Below, piece after piece: positions 1 through 27,074 of a stretch of DNA of 64,000 nucleotides (within the stretch, counting starts at the first letter, position 1; the number at the start of each line of letters is the position of its first letter). Source of the DNA: Bugula neritina (taxonomy: Eukaryota; Animalia; Bryozoa). A program made the position numbers and the translations under genes. Where the stretch lies: NCBI GenBank assembly GCA_964035545.1, contig OZ037766.1, positions 14,188,722 through 14,252,721 of the forward strand. Direction: 5' to 3'. Under the pieces are notes generated by a model, which saw only the letters and a list, made by a program, of their open reading frames with translations, ran no database searches and was not told where the DNA came from.

Positions 1-3000
1 TGACAGAAAAGATTTCTGTGCTCATTATGCTGTACAGTTTTGTGTAGAAGTCAGGATATTCCAAAGAGTGTTGCGTCATCAGAATAAAAAGTCCATTGAG
101 AGCCATTAGGCTGACTGCACCACCTTTAAGTATATATGAAGTAATGAAATAGTCATGGATTAACATAAACTATAGAAATTTCTATTACTAACTTGACAAA
201 GATAAAACTCATTTTAATTCAATATGAAAGTAAGATATGATTCAAATGAAATTAGTAAAACTTACAAGGGCTAGCACAAAAACTTAGATGTGAAATTATC
301 GTTACAGACAAATGACACAAACAAAAATAACAGTAAAATCGATCATATCAAATTTTATTTCAAAGGCATTTTATTGGCTATAAAAAACAGATAAACAACA
401 TGCTAATATTATTGCAAAAATTATGGCAGCAATTGATGACTGTTGATGTGGTCTATAACCATAGGAGTTATGTTACTGACCTTTGTCATAGCAAGATAAC
501 AGCCAATCAGATACAACCAAGGGGTCAGAAAGGTGAGGAATAATTTTATCTGGCAATGCAATAAGAATCTTCTTGTAGATGGCACTGGTCAACTGTAAGC
601 ATAAATATAACATACAGAACCCACAGTCTGATAGAAATGTTACTCCATATGTCAACTTGTAAACTGAAGTAAAAGTGGATACTTAATTTACATACTTTGG
701 TATTGAAGAATTCCAGCCACAATCTGGTATACAACTCTCTTTGAGCTTTGACACTAGTAATGCCAGATATTGCTACAACAGAGAAATATAGATTTTAATA
801 TGCAGACAGCAAAGAAGTGACACATGCCAGTATTTACAGTTATTATTAGTTAATAATATGATGACACATACCATTATCTACAGGAATGAGCATGTTGGAG
901 AGTTTTACTCCATTTGGGGGTAACTTAAGAATAGATAGGGCCGTGAGAGTATTTGTGAGGTGGTGGTTAGCAGTGAGATTTTCAGATTCTATACCGTCAG
1001 TTTTCTAAAATATATATAGAGAATAGATTAAACGTGAGTAAGATATGGAGTAACAGATGACACTAATGGCCAAGTATTCATTGGAAGCTCACAAATTTAA
1101 CATACATTAGGCCTTAGGAAATTAAATGTCTATGGTGAATATTTTCTTACAAAAAGAAAGGACAAAATGCCTTTCAGTCTGTACTGCTACAAAATAAAAA
1201 TAATTAAAATAATTTTGCAACTAGTTTCTGCCCAACACTTATTAAAAATTCAAACGTGATGAGCAAAAAATTACTATAATTTTACAGCCCAGAAGCTCAA
1301 TTGAAGAAATGGATGGACAAAACATCAAATTTTAATCAACTGATGGCCAAAAAAAACTTAATTCAATAGAATCCCTCCGTTAACTTATTTTAGTTGCCTT
1401 TATTTTCAAAGAAAAAGGTATGAAACTACAAATGAAAAATATTTTTACATAAAATTTGTTTTGCTTCAAAACTCTATATAATCGGTAATTTTTTATTTTT
1501 ATATTGGTCAAAAGCAAATGTATTACAATTTACTTAACTTTTGGTTTTGTTCTTGTCCCGAAAAAAGGAGAAAATGATTAAGGAATGTGAATGCACATAC
1601 ATGTATCTATTTTCACAGTTTGCATCCAAAAATTTGCAAAATTACACTATAAGATTAATAGCAGCTGGCCATTTCAAATACATAAATTCAAGTTACTTTT
1701 AAATTAAACATAACAAATCAGTACTTGCTCTACAAGTGTGTATTGCCCATGAGAGCTTTTTATTAACTTCGAGTAATAATAGCTGTCAAGTATAAACACT
1801 TACTAGCTGTTTAATAAAACTAAGCAGATACTTCATACAGTAGTGTCGCACATCATCATAATCTAGGTACTCCTGGAATCTTTCAATCAGCTCCTCTTGG
1901 TTTTCTGTAGACTGCACTAAACTTTCGATGATTTTCTATAACATTGTAAATATTATATGCTGAAATTAGTACTAGAACCACGTGTAAACACCAGAGAAAA
2001 TGAAAAGCTGACAGATGAAGCTCAAGTTTTTCACCCAACAGTTGTTCACAGCTGAAACCCTCCCCCAACGCAACATTTTCACAGTGCAATGGGTTGTCTT
2101 TTCCGTAAATTTTTTTCTGTGGACTTTAGTGTGGCCTAATTGTTGTGCAGATATTTTAAATGCACAAACCATTGGAATTATTTTATTGCCTATACAAAGC
2201 TGAAAAGACTTGATCAGTAGAAGAATTAGTACACTTATATTAGCCAAGCCTTGGTGATAAACATATAACATATTCAAACATTTAACCTTTGATAAAATTA
2301 TTTTTTTTCTGTTTTTTTTTTAGTAAACTTATTATGCAAATATTGATAGAATGTGTGACGTATTGATAAGTATGCTAACCTCAAATAAGCTAACAGGAAA
2401 TGAGGCAGTTGAAGTACTCTTGCCAACCAATTGCTTCTTTCCTTCAGTTTCTACATATTTCATCAAAGTACAGAGCGACAACTCCTGAAAATACAATTCA
2501 TCATGTTAAATAGTATATTTGCCAGACATAAATTATGTTACAAATATGGTATATGTACTCAAGCAATCATGGTAAGGGAACAAAGGTGAAAATTCTGTAA
2601 TTTACTCTGAAGCTTAGAGTCACTATCCCTGTGAGAACCCCTGATGAAAAGGGTTTTTAAAGCAGGTTAGACACTTATTAATATCTGATACAGGAGCAGT
2701 TATGACTGGATGCTCTTCCTGACATCACAAATGGTCTTTACTGGGGTTCAAACCCATGACTATGTACTTTGAAGCATTTAGATATTAGATAAAATGCATT
2801 GTTTTACTACGTGTTGGTGAGTGACATACTCAAGAGCTTGTTATTGTTTATGCAAACAAGTCAGTTAAAACGGTCGTCTTAAAATTAAGGATTTCATTTG
2901 CTTATGCTTCAGTATCGTCCTTCTACAATTCGTTACGTTTGACAACTTGCTACACCATAAAACCTCACACATATTTCACTTATGTATTTAAAAAGTAAAC

Positions 3001-4215
3001 CAAGAGAGTTGATTAAAGATTTAGGTTTTTTGCAGACTTCATTTCATTGCAGTGTGAAATTTCTAGATATCTAAGGATATAACAAATGTGTCAAATGACA
3101 CAAAACCTTTCAACAAATGCATTCCACCCAATAACCTTGCCACAGCACTACTAGGAGTAAACCAAAACTTCCCAGACAAAACTTGTAATCAAATTCTACC
3201 TTAACAGCAACAAACTCGTGTAAAAGGTATTCCAGAAGTATTTGTCTCGATTCGCTATATCGATCTTTGAGCCACTGACGGAACTTAGAAACATTGGCAT
3301 CATCTAAATAAAGAAAAACTGTTGAATCAATTTTAAAATAACGGTAAATACATAAAATTGCAATTGAGTTGTTTAAAATTGACTTATTTTGCAGCTCAAG
3401 ATTTCATATTTGATTTAAACAAAAGTTAAGAAAACAGAATTGAAATATTAACGATGTACATTATAAATTGGTGGTTGATTTTGCAATGCTAGTCTCCCAC
3501 AAATGCTTTTGGCATGCCTGTATACTTGATAGTAGTTTTTCGTAAGTCTTTATATTTTGCACGATTCTTGTGCAACAATAACATATTTTACATCACTTTT
3601 GTACAATCTTATTTTCAGTTTAGCTGCTTAAGACAAATTTTTGTGAAATATTTCTACAATTTGTCTAAGTTGTCTGTTTATCATGATATATCCAATTTAT
3701 AGTTGTTATTTTTATTTAAATTGCCTATTGTATGTTTATTGTCATTTTATTAAAGCAAACCTGTATCTGAGCTTTCAGGCAGTGTGCATTGCATTTCTCC
3801 AGCTTCCAAATAGTGACAAAATATTTTGTGCAATGCTCTTATGCAAGCCACAGAGATTTCTTCCGAGGTTTTATGCTAGAAAAGTAATAGAGGCAGAGTT
3901 ACAGGTTTGGTGCATCATAAGCTTGGTAGTGTAAGTCAGATGTACGATGTAATAAAACAGCAAAAAATCAAGTAATTCAAGTGTGCAAAGACTTATTCAA
4001 AAGTAAGTACATAGAATGAGATAGGCATATGACATTACAGAATCAATAAGTTTAACACTATACTAAGCCAAACTTACCTCCTGAATAATTTCAAATAGTT
4101 CCAATATTTGATTGCAGTTCTTCTTTGATGTCACTACATTTTTGGATATTTGTTTTGATTTGTCTATAATAGCTGTCAAAACTATTTTAGCTGACAACTT
4201 TTCTTTCAATTTCAT
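1..4215 (-). CDS. NOC4L: Nucleolar complex protein 4 homolog (CBF/Mak21 family), multi-exon, 3' end outside window
   Basis: Hand-spliced minus-strand exons: MKLKEK...KKNCNQILELFEIIQE (ATG 4215), HKTSEEISVACIRALHKIF (~3761-3880), SKFRQWLKDRYSESRQILL (~3200-3303), LYTRLWLEFF, LTSAIYKKILIALPDKIIPHLSDPLVVSDWLLSCYDK (~481-592), GAVSLMALNGLFILMTQHSLEYPDFYTKLY (1-123). These match recalled Noc4/NOC4L motifs. Confidence 0.9.
2690..2765 (-). mobile_element. Degenerate tRNA-derived SINE fragment in a NOC4L intron
   Basis: Reverse complement aligns by eye with 41680-41755 (ttatgactggatgctcttcctgacatcac vs ttatgactagatgctctttctaacatcac) and has a B-box-like GGTTTGAACCC. Confidence 0.55.
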
Positions 4216-4849
4216 GACTCTAAATGAGAAAAATATGTATATATGTATTTATCATAAAATTTCATCTAATGCCATAGGGGTAAGGAGAGACCAGCTTAAA
4301 CCCAGTGCTACTAACACTGGGAAAGAGTTTTAATGAGGACATGTAACTATGTAAAGTCATCAACATCACTTGGAGTCAAAGAAATTCCCATAGTTGTGTC
4401 ATAACAATGAAAAAAATATATACATGATAGCATTATCATGGTCACAATGTATAAGTATGTTGTACTATGAGAATTAATGCTGATGCAAATTTAATTATGT
4501 GATTTGAATTTCAACTATCACACAGCAATAACAAAGATATATGGGTCTATACATTATACTCATACTGATCATAGTTATAATATTAATAAATAAAGACAAG
4601 CAATATTTCGCTATACATGTAAAGGCTAATTTGGTAGTGATGTTCATCACAGGCTCTGCAATGCTCTATAGCACTGTTAGTTTAAATACAGATGAGACTT
4701 GAAAAACATAAAAAACTAAAAAGTTAAAACAAACACTATGTTTGTATGGCTAAAATTTTTGCATCTTATAATCAAAACAAGAAAAAGCTGTACCTATGTT
4801 GAGTTATGATACTTTTAATCCAGGCTCATAAATGAGCATGCAGCATAAC

Positions 4850-6950
4850 ACTATGAATGATACAGTTTAGTAACTCTTTGCACCAACTAGTTCATATTAA
4901 TACTATGACTATTACTATGATTACTAATCATACACTCATAGTGATGGCGCACCATACTAATATGTAATTGTGAGATCCTGATAGACCTATGGTCAGAATG
5001 AGAGTGCTAGATTTACCCATACTCATACTTTTAGTCTTCGAGTTTGTTTCAATTTTTAGTTTTACCCTAACTTCTAAGTCTTAGATATTCAGATAGTATT
5101 AGTATCCAGTAATGCTAATGGTCAGACTCATGATCTAATTCTGTCATACTTATAACAATACTATCAAGATCAGTGTGACTATCACTGATATAAGGTAAAC
5201 TTATATAACAAAAACTTTAGCTGATAGTTCAAATATTTATTATCTTGACTGTATGAAATCTTGATATTAGCAGCAACTTATAAGACCAACAGTAACTCTA
5301 AGCAGTAAACACAAACTGTAGGCTACATACATTTATTTTTAATTTTATAACTAACAGTAATACTTATACTATACACTATACAGTATACTTATACTATAGA
5401 CATAACATTAACTATCACTCAGCAACTGTAAGCGTAGCACTCTGTCTATAGTCATAACTACTAAAAGTAAATAGTAGATTAAAACAACTAAAACTTCAGT
5501 ACAACTATTAATATTACAAATTCATTTACTAATAGTAGTACTATATTCTACATAATATTATTTATAACATTTCAATTTATAATTTAATTTTACATAAAAT
5601 AGCAGCAAGAGTAACTCACACTAGCTGTAGGACAAAGAGTAACTGCAAGAGTAAGAATAAGAGTAACTGTAAGAGTAAGACTAACTCCAAGAGTATGGGC
5701 AACTCTAATCAATATGACTATCACCAGTATCACAGGTACAGTATGAGTATCACTATCAGCATAAATGGCATAATATCAATTATTAATAATCATTACAAAT
5801 CATAATAATAATGGTGTAATAATAATTATGATGTATCACAATCAGTATCACTATGACTATCACTATGAGTATGACTAATCTTAATAGTAATACTATCACC
5901 ATGACTATGAGCATCGCTAACAGTAACAGTAAGTGTAACTCCAAGTAACTGTAATATTAATAGAATGACTAAGTCCAATGAGTAATTAGTTATATATTAC
6001 TATAAACTATTAATATTAGTATTACACTTTGACTTACAGTATGAGTATTACTATTAGACAGGTACTGTTGGTATCAGTATGAGTCAAACTTCAAAGCTAC
6101 TGTTAGTGTTACTGTAAAGTGTTAGTGCTACACTAAAAAAAGCTACGAGTACGTCTACAGTGTTACACTTAATCTTACTAAGTAGTAGTACTACGAGTAC
6201 TACTACTACTAGTACTGTAGTACTAGTACTAGTTACAATAAATATAATATTAATTAAAGAAACTTTAGAGTCACGTAGAAAATCAAGCCGTATAAAGTTA
6301 CTACTTCAATTCCTAGCTAATGAAAATGTCTGTCCTGAATACCTAATAATAATACCTTCCAAGAACTAACAAATTGTCCATCTATGCTAACACGTAACAT
6401 GGCCAGACATATGTCTCGTTCATTACTAACAAATTCTAACATATACTTTAAGTTTAATACTAACACTAACAGTTTCCTTCCTAGAACAATAAGACTAAGA
6501 GACCATAGAATCTGAATCTCTGAAGTTACGCCTTTAGTTTATAACATTCCAGACTGAGACTTTCTCCGTGAAGGTCTGAGTCTCCTCTTCCCTCTCGAAG
6601 GTCTAGAGACTCAACACAGATACACTTTCACTTTGACCTACAGATACTCTTACTGATACTGATAGTGATACTGTGATACACTTACAGAATTATTATCATT
6701 ACTGTTACTGTTAGTGTTACTGTTACACTTACTGACTTAGTCTTACAGTTACTGAGTTAGTGTTACTGTTAGTGTTACTTATCAATATTATAGCCAGACA
6801 CTATAAATAATTATTATTATAATACTAAATCTAATACTAAATTTAATAATAGTAGTAGTATAAGTGTAACTACACGATTAAGTATCCGACACTGACAGTT
6901 ACTGGTAAGAGTACTACTACTAGTACTACTTACTAGTAATGATGTTGTTA
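4850..6950. repeat. Cryptically simple AT-rich tract of degenerate ACT/AGT/TAA tri- and hexamers
   Basis: Dense agtaac, actaat, tactac, gttact words with no credible ORF; lies between the NOC4L start and the shared promoter. Confidence 0.7.
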
Positions 6951-6954
6951 CGGA

Positions 6955-7375
6955 GTTAAATCCCACGTGAAAAAACTTGAATCTTTCGTACGCAAGGCCA
7001 TCGGAGACAGAGGAAAGATAAATCCAATACGTTGATGGGCGTGGTATGCCAAAAGGCCAATAATACTAGAGCTAGTTACAAAATTATTTTTCTCTCGATT
7101 TCACGCGTTGAAACTAACAAGAGTCCTTTACGAGCTCTCCTGCTTGCAGAGAAGATGTGAAACTTTATCTCATTAAATGTATTCAACTGATAGTCATCTC
7201 CAGTTCATGGTAATTTATCTTTATACATGCATTTACAAAATTTTCACTAGTGAACATTTTTGTTACTAATGTACATCAATTTTGCATTATAAAGGTATTG
7301 CAATAATCTTGTCAGTCGCCATTTTGTTGCGAAAGGTCTTTTTGGCGGGATTAAAAACAATAAGTCAAGTGTATG
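6955..7375. promoter_or_regulatory. Probable bidirectional promoter for NOC4L and domino, including a domino non-coding first exon
   Basis: Local CpG enrichment; E-box CACGTG 6964-6969; YY1-like CGCCATTTTG 7317-7326; E2F-like TTTTGGCGGGA 7340-7350; donor-like GTATGT at 7371; acceptor ttttgcag at 7940 just before the domino ATG. Confidence 0.5.
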
Positions 7376-7957
7376 TTAACTTCAGTGCTCATCATTTTTC
7401 CAAGTTAGTTCAGCTAAACAAAATTATTTTATGCAGCTAAAAGGATTAAAACTATTATAAAAATAAATAATTAGAAGCCCAAGCGTTCAGAAATGAGAAT
7501 TGTTCTAATCACGACTAATGTAAAACTAAATGAAAATCAGTAATTGTAAATCACTAAATGACAAGGTTCACTTCCCATTGACATGTAATTCAAATCGTTG
7601 AACCCAAAGGCTACAGCACACAACCAATACTATTACTGAATTAGTATTACGAACCGCAACTGGTACTACATTTTTACATGGGGTTTTACTTCAGGTTCAT
7701 TAAAATTCACATCGAATTTGACGTTACTGTTGGTGTTCATGCTGCTTTATAATTTAATATATGTTCAATAAAACTGTTAGTGTTTCAGCGTGCATAGCCA
7801 TCAGCACTACTATTAAAAAACTGAAAATTCAATTTAAAATGCCTTGTAGCACTAAAAATCCTGGTTGTATCCGTAATATTGCAGAGTTACAGTTGGCTGC
7901 AATTTAAAATAACTGCTTAATTTCTTAATTATTTTTGCAGTAGTGACTACATGAGGA

Positions 7958-23132
<15,175 letters not shown>

Positions 23133-23511
23133 CTCAATAGTCTCTTGTGACCTTTGCTAATATAATTTTCTACCATTTCTTCATATTAAGTTATTTTCAA
23201 TTTCTTTCCTATTGACTATTTATATTCCTGTACATATTGTTTGAATATACTATTTTTATACTCAAAGAATTGCATTGGTTCAACACATGGTAGCACACCT
23301 TTTTCCCCACCTGTTTAGGAATGGTAAGTAACTATGTCACAACTTATAAAGATGCACTGCAGTTCATAAAGTTTTTGAAACTTTTCTCTCTGTTTCATTG
23401 TTGAGTAAAAGTATATCATGTTTTCCATTTATTAGATGTCCAGATGGGCTGTGATGCGAATCTGATGTCTGCTGTGCAGGTAATGGGTGTTAACAATAAA
23501 TTGTGTTCACA

Positions 23512-23575
23512 GTGTATGATTATAAGATACTGGCCCAGTCTTAAGGTTTCATAATGGATATGCTGATTTAATTAA
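23512..23575 (+). ncRNA. SNORD31-like copy A1 (degenerate)
   Basis: C-like ATGATTA 23516; guide TACTGGCCCAGT is mutated relative to TACCGCCCCAGT; D region diverged. Confidence 0.45.
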
Positions 23576-23624
23576 TTAATTTAATATCTCCAAGGTCAGT
23601 GAAAACAGCTCTTTGGTTCCTCTC

Positions 23625-23757
23625 TGCCTCAATAATAATGCGGCACAATGAATTATCTGCCATCATGTGTCTTCTTAGTATATGAGTAGATTATTATTCA
23701 TTATAACACATTCTCTAGCTATACTGCTCTTGAGTGCATCTAAGTATTGATACACAC
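23625..23757 (+). ncRNA. H/ACA snoRNA copy D1 (diverged snR42/ACA27-target guide)
   Basis: Homologous to 24832-24968; H AGATTA 23688-23693, ACA 23752-23754. Confidence 0.55.
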
Positions 23758-23945
23758 TATATAATAGTGATGCTTGTTCCACTCAACAGTCAGCACGTTT
23801 TGCATCAATTTGAATTGTCTTCAGTGGTATGTTGTGTATTTCAGGTGTTGTGACCCCTTGCGTGACCTTTATCTCTGCAAGCTCACTGCCTCTCTCTTAG
23901 AGCAGGTAATTTTTACTGCAATCATTATTTGTCATAATTCCTTTG

Positions 23946-24007
23946 TATTCGTGATGCATTTCTTTCGTTCTCCGGGGAAAACATTGTTAAGCAAACATTC
24001 TGAAATA
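23946..24007 (+). ncRNA. SNORD59-like copy B1 (D' box mutated)
   Basis: C GTGATGC 23951, guide CTTTCGTTCT, D CTGA 24000-24003. Confidence 0.6.
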
Positions 24008-24144
24008 AATTTTGAATAGTTCTGATAAACTTGATAATTCTCCAGTTCATCTTTGTTTTGTAGATAGCCAAAAACTACTATTGGTTTTTCACTAATGCTG
24101 GAGGTGAGATTTAAGGTTATTATTATTAACTAGTATTAAAGACA

Positions 24145-24210
24145 CTAGCGTGATTAAACGATGCCGCCCCAGTCTTAAGTGTAATGTGGATACGGTTATT
24201 TAATGATTTT
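24145..24210 (+). ncRNA. SNORD31-like copy A2
   Basis: C-like GTGATTA 24150; guide CCGCCCCAGT antisense to LSU ACUGGGGCGG (yeast Gm2619 / human Gm4166 region); D' CTTA; D ATGA 24203. Confidence 0.75.
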
Positions 24211-24382
24211 ATTTCTTTCATTTCTATCTTTGTATTTAATTTGGCTTTCCTTTCCTAATTACTTTTATATTCTTCTTAGGGTTAATCAAGACTTCCGCTC
24301 ATGATGTTGGAGACTTTCACTAATGTGAGTTTGAATGTAACTGTTTACTTATCAATTCTAAATGTCACGTGATAAACTGCAA

Positions 24383-24448
24383 GATATATGATTATAAAAT
24401 ACCGCCCCAGTCCTAAGGATAGTGTGGATACGGTTTTTGAATGAGTTA
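24383..24448 (+). ncRNA. SNORD31-like copy A3
   Basis: ATGATTA 24388, AATACCGCCCCAGT as in recalled human U31, D' CCTA, D ATGA 24441. Confidence 0.78.
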
Positions 24449-24603
24449 ATTTAGTTAAACTTTTTCATGTTGTGCTACATTCTTCAACATGTAATGTCTT
24501 TGTATGTTTTACAGATAGATGTTGCTGCTAGTCTGGCTTTCTCTTGTTCGGTTTCCACTCGCAGTAAGTGATTTCAATTAATACTTGCTAATGGATTACC
24601 ACG

Positions 24604-24667
24604 GAGATATGATGACAATTCTTGCCCTCTCTTAGATATAGTGCTGATCTGTGTACTATCTGATCTC
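24604..24667 (+). ncRNA. SNORD103/85-like (18S Gm601-equivalent guide) copy C1
   Basis: C ATGATGA 24609; guide CTTGCCCTC antisense to 18S GAGGGCAAG with the 5th nt before D' CTTA opposite the G601 equivalent; C' GTGCTGA; D CTGA 24660; stem GAGAT/ATCTC. Confidence 0.82.
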
Positions 24668-24831
24668 AACTTTGTTTTATAAGGATGCAACTTCTGTATG
24701 TTTCTTCGTCTTTTCTTGTAGCCTTTCAACCAAAAATTTTTGTTGTAGTTTGCTGTGTTACGTGGTGGAATTCAAATCTGAATATAAAATAACAGGTCAG
24801 TAGAAACAGCTCTTGGCTCCCATTTATTTCA

Positions 24832-24968
24832 TCTCCCAATCAACGCGGCACAATGATTTATCAGCCATCATATGTGTCTTTTTAGTATATGGGTAGATCA
24901 TTATTTGGTATTTAAAACACATTCTTGTGCTACACTGCTCATGAGTGCACCTAAATATTCATACACAT
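24832..24968 (+). ncRNA. H/ACA snoRNA copy D2, predicted guide for the LSU site equivalent to yeast Psi2975 (snR42) / human Psi4522
   Basis: H AGATCA 24895-24900, ACA 24963-24965; 3' hairpin pocket TAAAAC + ACCT pairs AGGU-UA-GUUUUA, 14 nt from ACA. Confidence 0.75.
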
Positions 24969-25141
24969 TATTGTGCTGTTTATAATAATGCTTTTGCATA
25001 CACTTGGGCGGTATTCAATTTCATGCTGTATATTCCAGGTTTTCTGACCCCTTGCGTGACCTTCATGTCTCTGCACACTCACTGCATCTCTCTTTGAGCA
25101 GGTAGTTTCTACTGCAATCCTTATTTGTCTTGATTTCTTTG

Positions 25142-25202
25142 TATTCGTGATGCATTTCTTTCGTTCTCCTGAAAAACATTGTTGAGCAAACATTCTGAAA
25201 TA
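25142..25202 (+). ncRNA. SNORD59-like (18S Am1031-equivalent guide) copy B2
   Basis: C GTGATGC 25147; guide CTTTCGTTCT antisense to 18S AGAACGAAAG; D' CTGA 25169; D CTGA 25195. Confidence 0.8.
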
Positions 25203-25370
25203 AATTTTTAATAGTTCTGATGAACTTGATAATTCTCCAGTTCCTTCATGTTTCTGTTTTTTATGTAGCTATTTTGATCCTCCTGCTGATTTGGCTTGGT
25301 GCTACATTCCAGCAAGAGTTGGATAAGGCTGCATCTTTTCACAGGTAAATATTGCTATTTGTTTTGGAAT

Positions 25371-25503
25371 ATCGGACTAGAGTCATTGGTTGGTATATTC
25401 AACAGCCAGTCAATGCTAAAATGTCGCGTAGATGAAACTTGGTACATCTGATATGCTTGGTCAATGCATGCTGCATTGGCTTTCACCTTTGGTGTATACA
25501 ACC
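25371..25503 (+). ncRNA. SNORA3 (ACA3)/snR11-like H/ACA snoRNA copy E1
   Basis: Starts ATCGGACTAGAGTCA (human ACA3 recalled as AUCGAGGCUAGAGUCA). Pocket 1 pairs LSU GAGC-UU-GACUCUA; H AGATGA 25430. Pocket 2 TATGC + CACCT pairs AGGUG-UA-GCAUA, 14 nt from ACA 25498. Confidence 0.82.
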
Positions 25504-25738
25504 TAAAGTTTTTCAAATACTTGCACGTTTGGGTGTAAAACCAACTTTTCCTATTAGTACCCTTGCGGATTGTTGCGTGATGACACAAGTTGTTTATATA
25601 TTTATAGTTTGTCCTGTTTTTCAGTTTAATTTTGATTTGTAGATTGTCGCAACTCTCTACTGGTTTTTGCTGGGGCTTTCACTAATGCAGTAAGTTAAGA
25701 GTCTAATTTGTTCGTATTAACAAGTACTATAAAAGACA

Positions 25739-25804
25739 CTATCATGATTATACGATGCCGCCCCAGTCTTAAGTCTAATGTGGATACGGTTATTTAATGA
25801 GTTC
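25739..25804 (+). ncRNA. SNORD31-like copy A4
   Basis: ATGATTA 25744, CCGCCCCAGT-CTTA, D ATGA 25797. Confidence 0.75.
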
Positions 25805-25965
25805 TCTTTCATTTCTATCTTTGTATTGAATTAAAAAATTTATTTTCTAATTACTTTGATTTTTTCGTAGGTTTGGCCAAAGCTTATGTTGGCGGTGATA
25901 GGCTTCAAACTAATGTGAGTTTAAATCTAAATGCTACTAAAACTATATGTCACTTAATTGTGTAA

Positions 25966-26030
25966 GATATATGATTATAAAATACCGCCCCAGTCCTAAG
26001 GATAGTGTGGATACGGTTATTCAATGAGTT
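25966..26030 (+). ncRNA. SNORD31-like copy A5
   Basis: ATGATTA 25971, AATACCGCCCCAGT-CCTA, D ATGA 26024. Confidence 0.78.
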
Positions 26031-26185
26031 AATTTAGTTTATCTTTTTATGTTGTGCTGCATTCTTCAACATGTAATGTCTTTGTATGTTTTACAGATAG
26101 ATGCTGCTGCTAGTCTGGCTTTCTCTTGTTCGACTTCCACTTGCAGTAAGTGTTTTCAATTAATACTTGCTAATGGATTACCACA

Positions 26186-26249
26186 AAGATATGATGACAA
26201 TTCTTGCCCTCTCTTAGATATAGTGCTGATCTGTGTACTTTCTGATCTC
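26186..26249 (+). ncRNA. SNORD103/85-like copy C2
   Basis: C ATGATGA 26191, guide CTTGCCCTC, D CTGA 26242. Confidence 0.82.
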
Positions 26250-26413
26250 AACTTTGTTATATAAGGATGCAACTTCTGTATGTTTCTTCGTCTTTTCTTC
26301 TAGCCTTTCAACCAAAATTTTTTGTTGTAGTTTGCTGTGTTACGTGGTGGAATTCAAATCTGAATATAAAATAACAGGTCAGTAGAAACAGCTCTTGGCT
26401 CCCATTTATTTCA

Positions 26414-26550
26414 TCTCCCAATCAACGCGGCACAATGATTTATCAGCCATCATATGTGTCTTTTTAGTATATGGGTAGATCATTATTTGGTATTTAAAAC
26501 ACATTCTTGTGCTACACTGCTCATGAGTGCACCTAAATATTCATACACAT
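26414..26550 (+). ncRNA. H/ACA snoRNA copy D3
   Basis: Appears identical to D2; H 26477-26482, ACA 26545-26547. Confidence 0.75.
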
Positions 26551-26725
26551 TATTGTGCTGTTTATAATAATGCTTTTGCATACACTTGGGCGGTATTCAG
26601 TGGCATGTTGTATATTTCAGGTTTTCTGACCCCTTGCGTGACCTTCATGTCTCTGCACTCACTGCATCTCTCTTTGAGCAGGTAATTTCTACTACAATCC
26701 TTATTTATCCTATATTTAAATTTTT

Positions 26726-26788
26726 GTATTCGTGATGCATTTCTTTCGTTCTCCTGAAAAACATTGTTGAGCAAACATTCTGAAATAC
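26726..26788 (+). ncRNA. SNORD59-like copy B3
   Basis: C 26732, D' CTGA 26754, D CTGA 26780, terminal stem GTATT/AATAC. Confidence 0.8.
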
Positions 26789-26941
26789 ACTTCAATTGTT
26801 TCTGGTGTTTTTTGAGAATTGTTCAGCCCTTTCATGTTTCTGGTTCTATTCTGTAGCTGATTTGGCTTGGTGCTACATCACAGCAAGAGTTGGATAAGGC
26901 TGCATCTTTTCACAGGTAAATATTGCTATTTGTTTTCAAAT

Positions 26942-27074
26942 ATCGGACTAGAGTCATTGGTTGGTATATTCAACAGCCAGTCAATGCTAAAATGTCGCGT
27001 AGATGAAACTTGGTACATCTGATATGCTTGGTCAATGCATACTGTATTGGCCTTCACCTTTGGTGTATACAACA
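26942..27074 (+). ncRNA. SNORA3-like copy E2
   Basis: Near-identical to E1; H AGATGA 27001, ACA 27069-27071; substitutions in hairpin 2 preserve pairing. Confidence 0.82.

Noticed and set aside
25441-25503. Alternative target for SNORA3-like hairpin 2 at the LSU 5' end (UGAA...AAGCAUAU)
   Set aside because: Needs 3 unpaired nt and 16-nt spacing; the ACA3-orthologous target AGGUG-UA-GCAUA fits the 14-nt rule.
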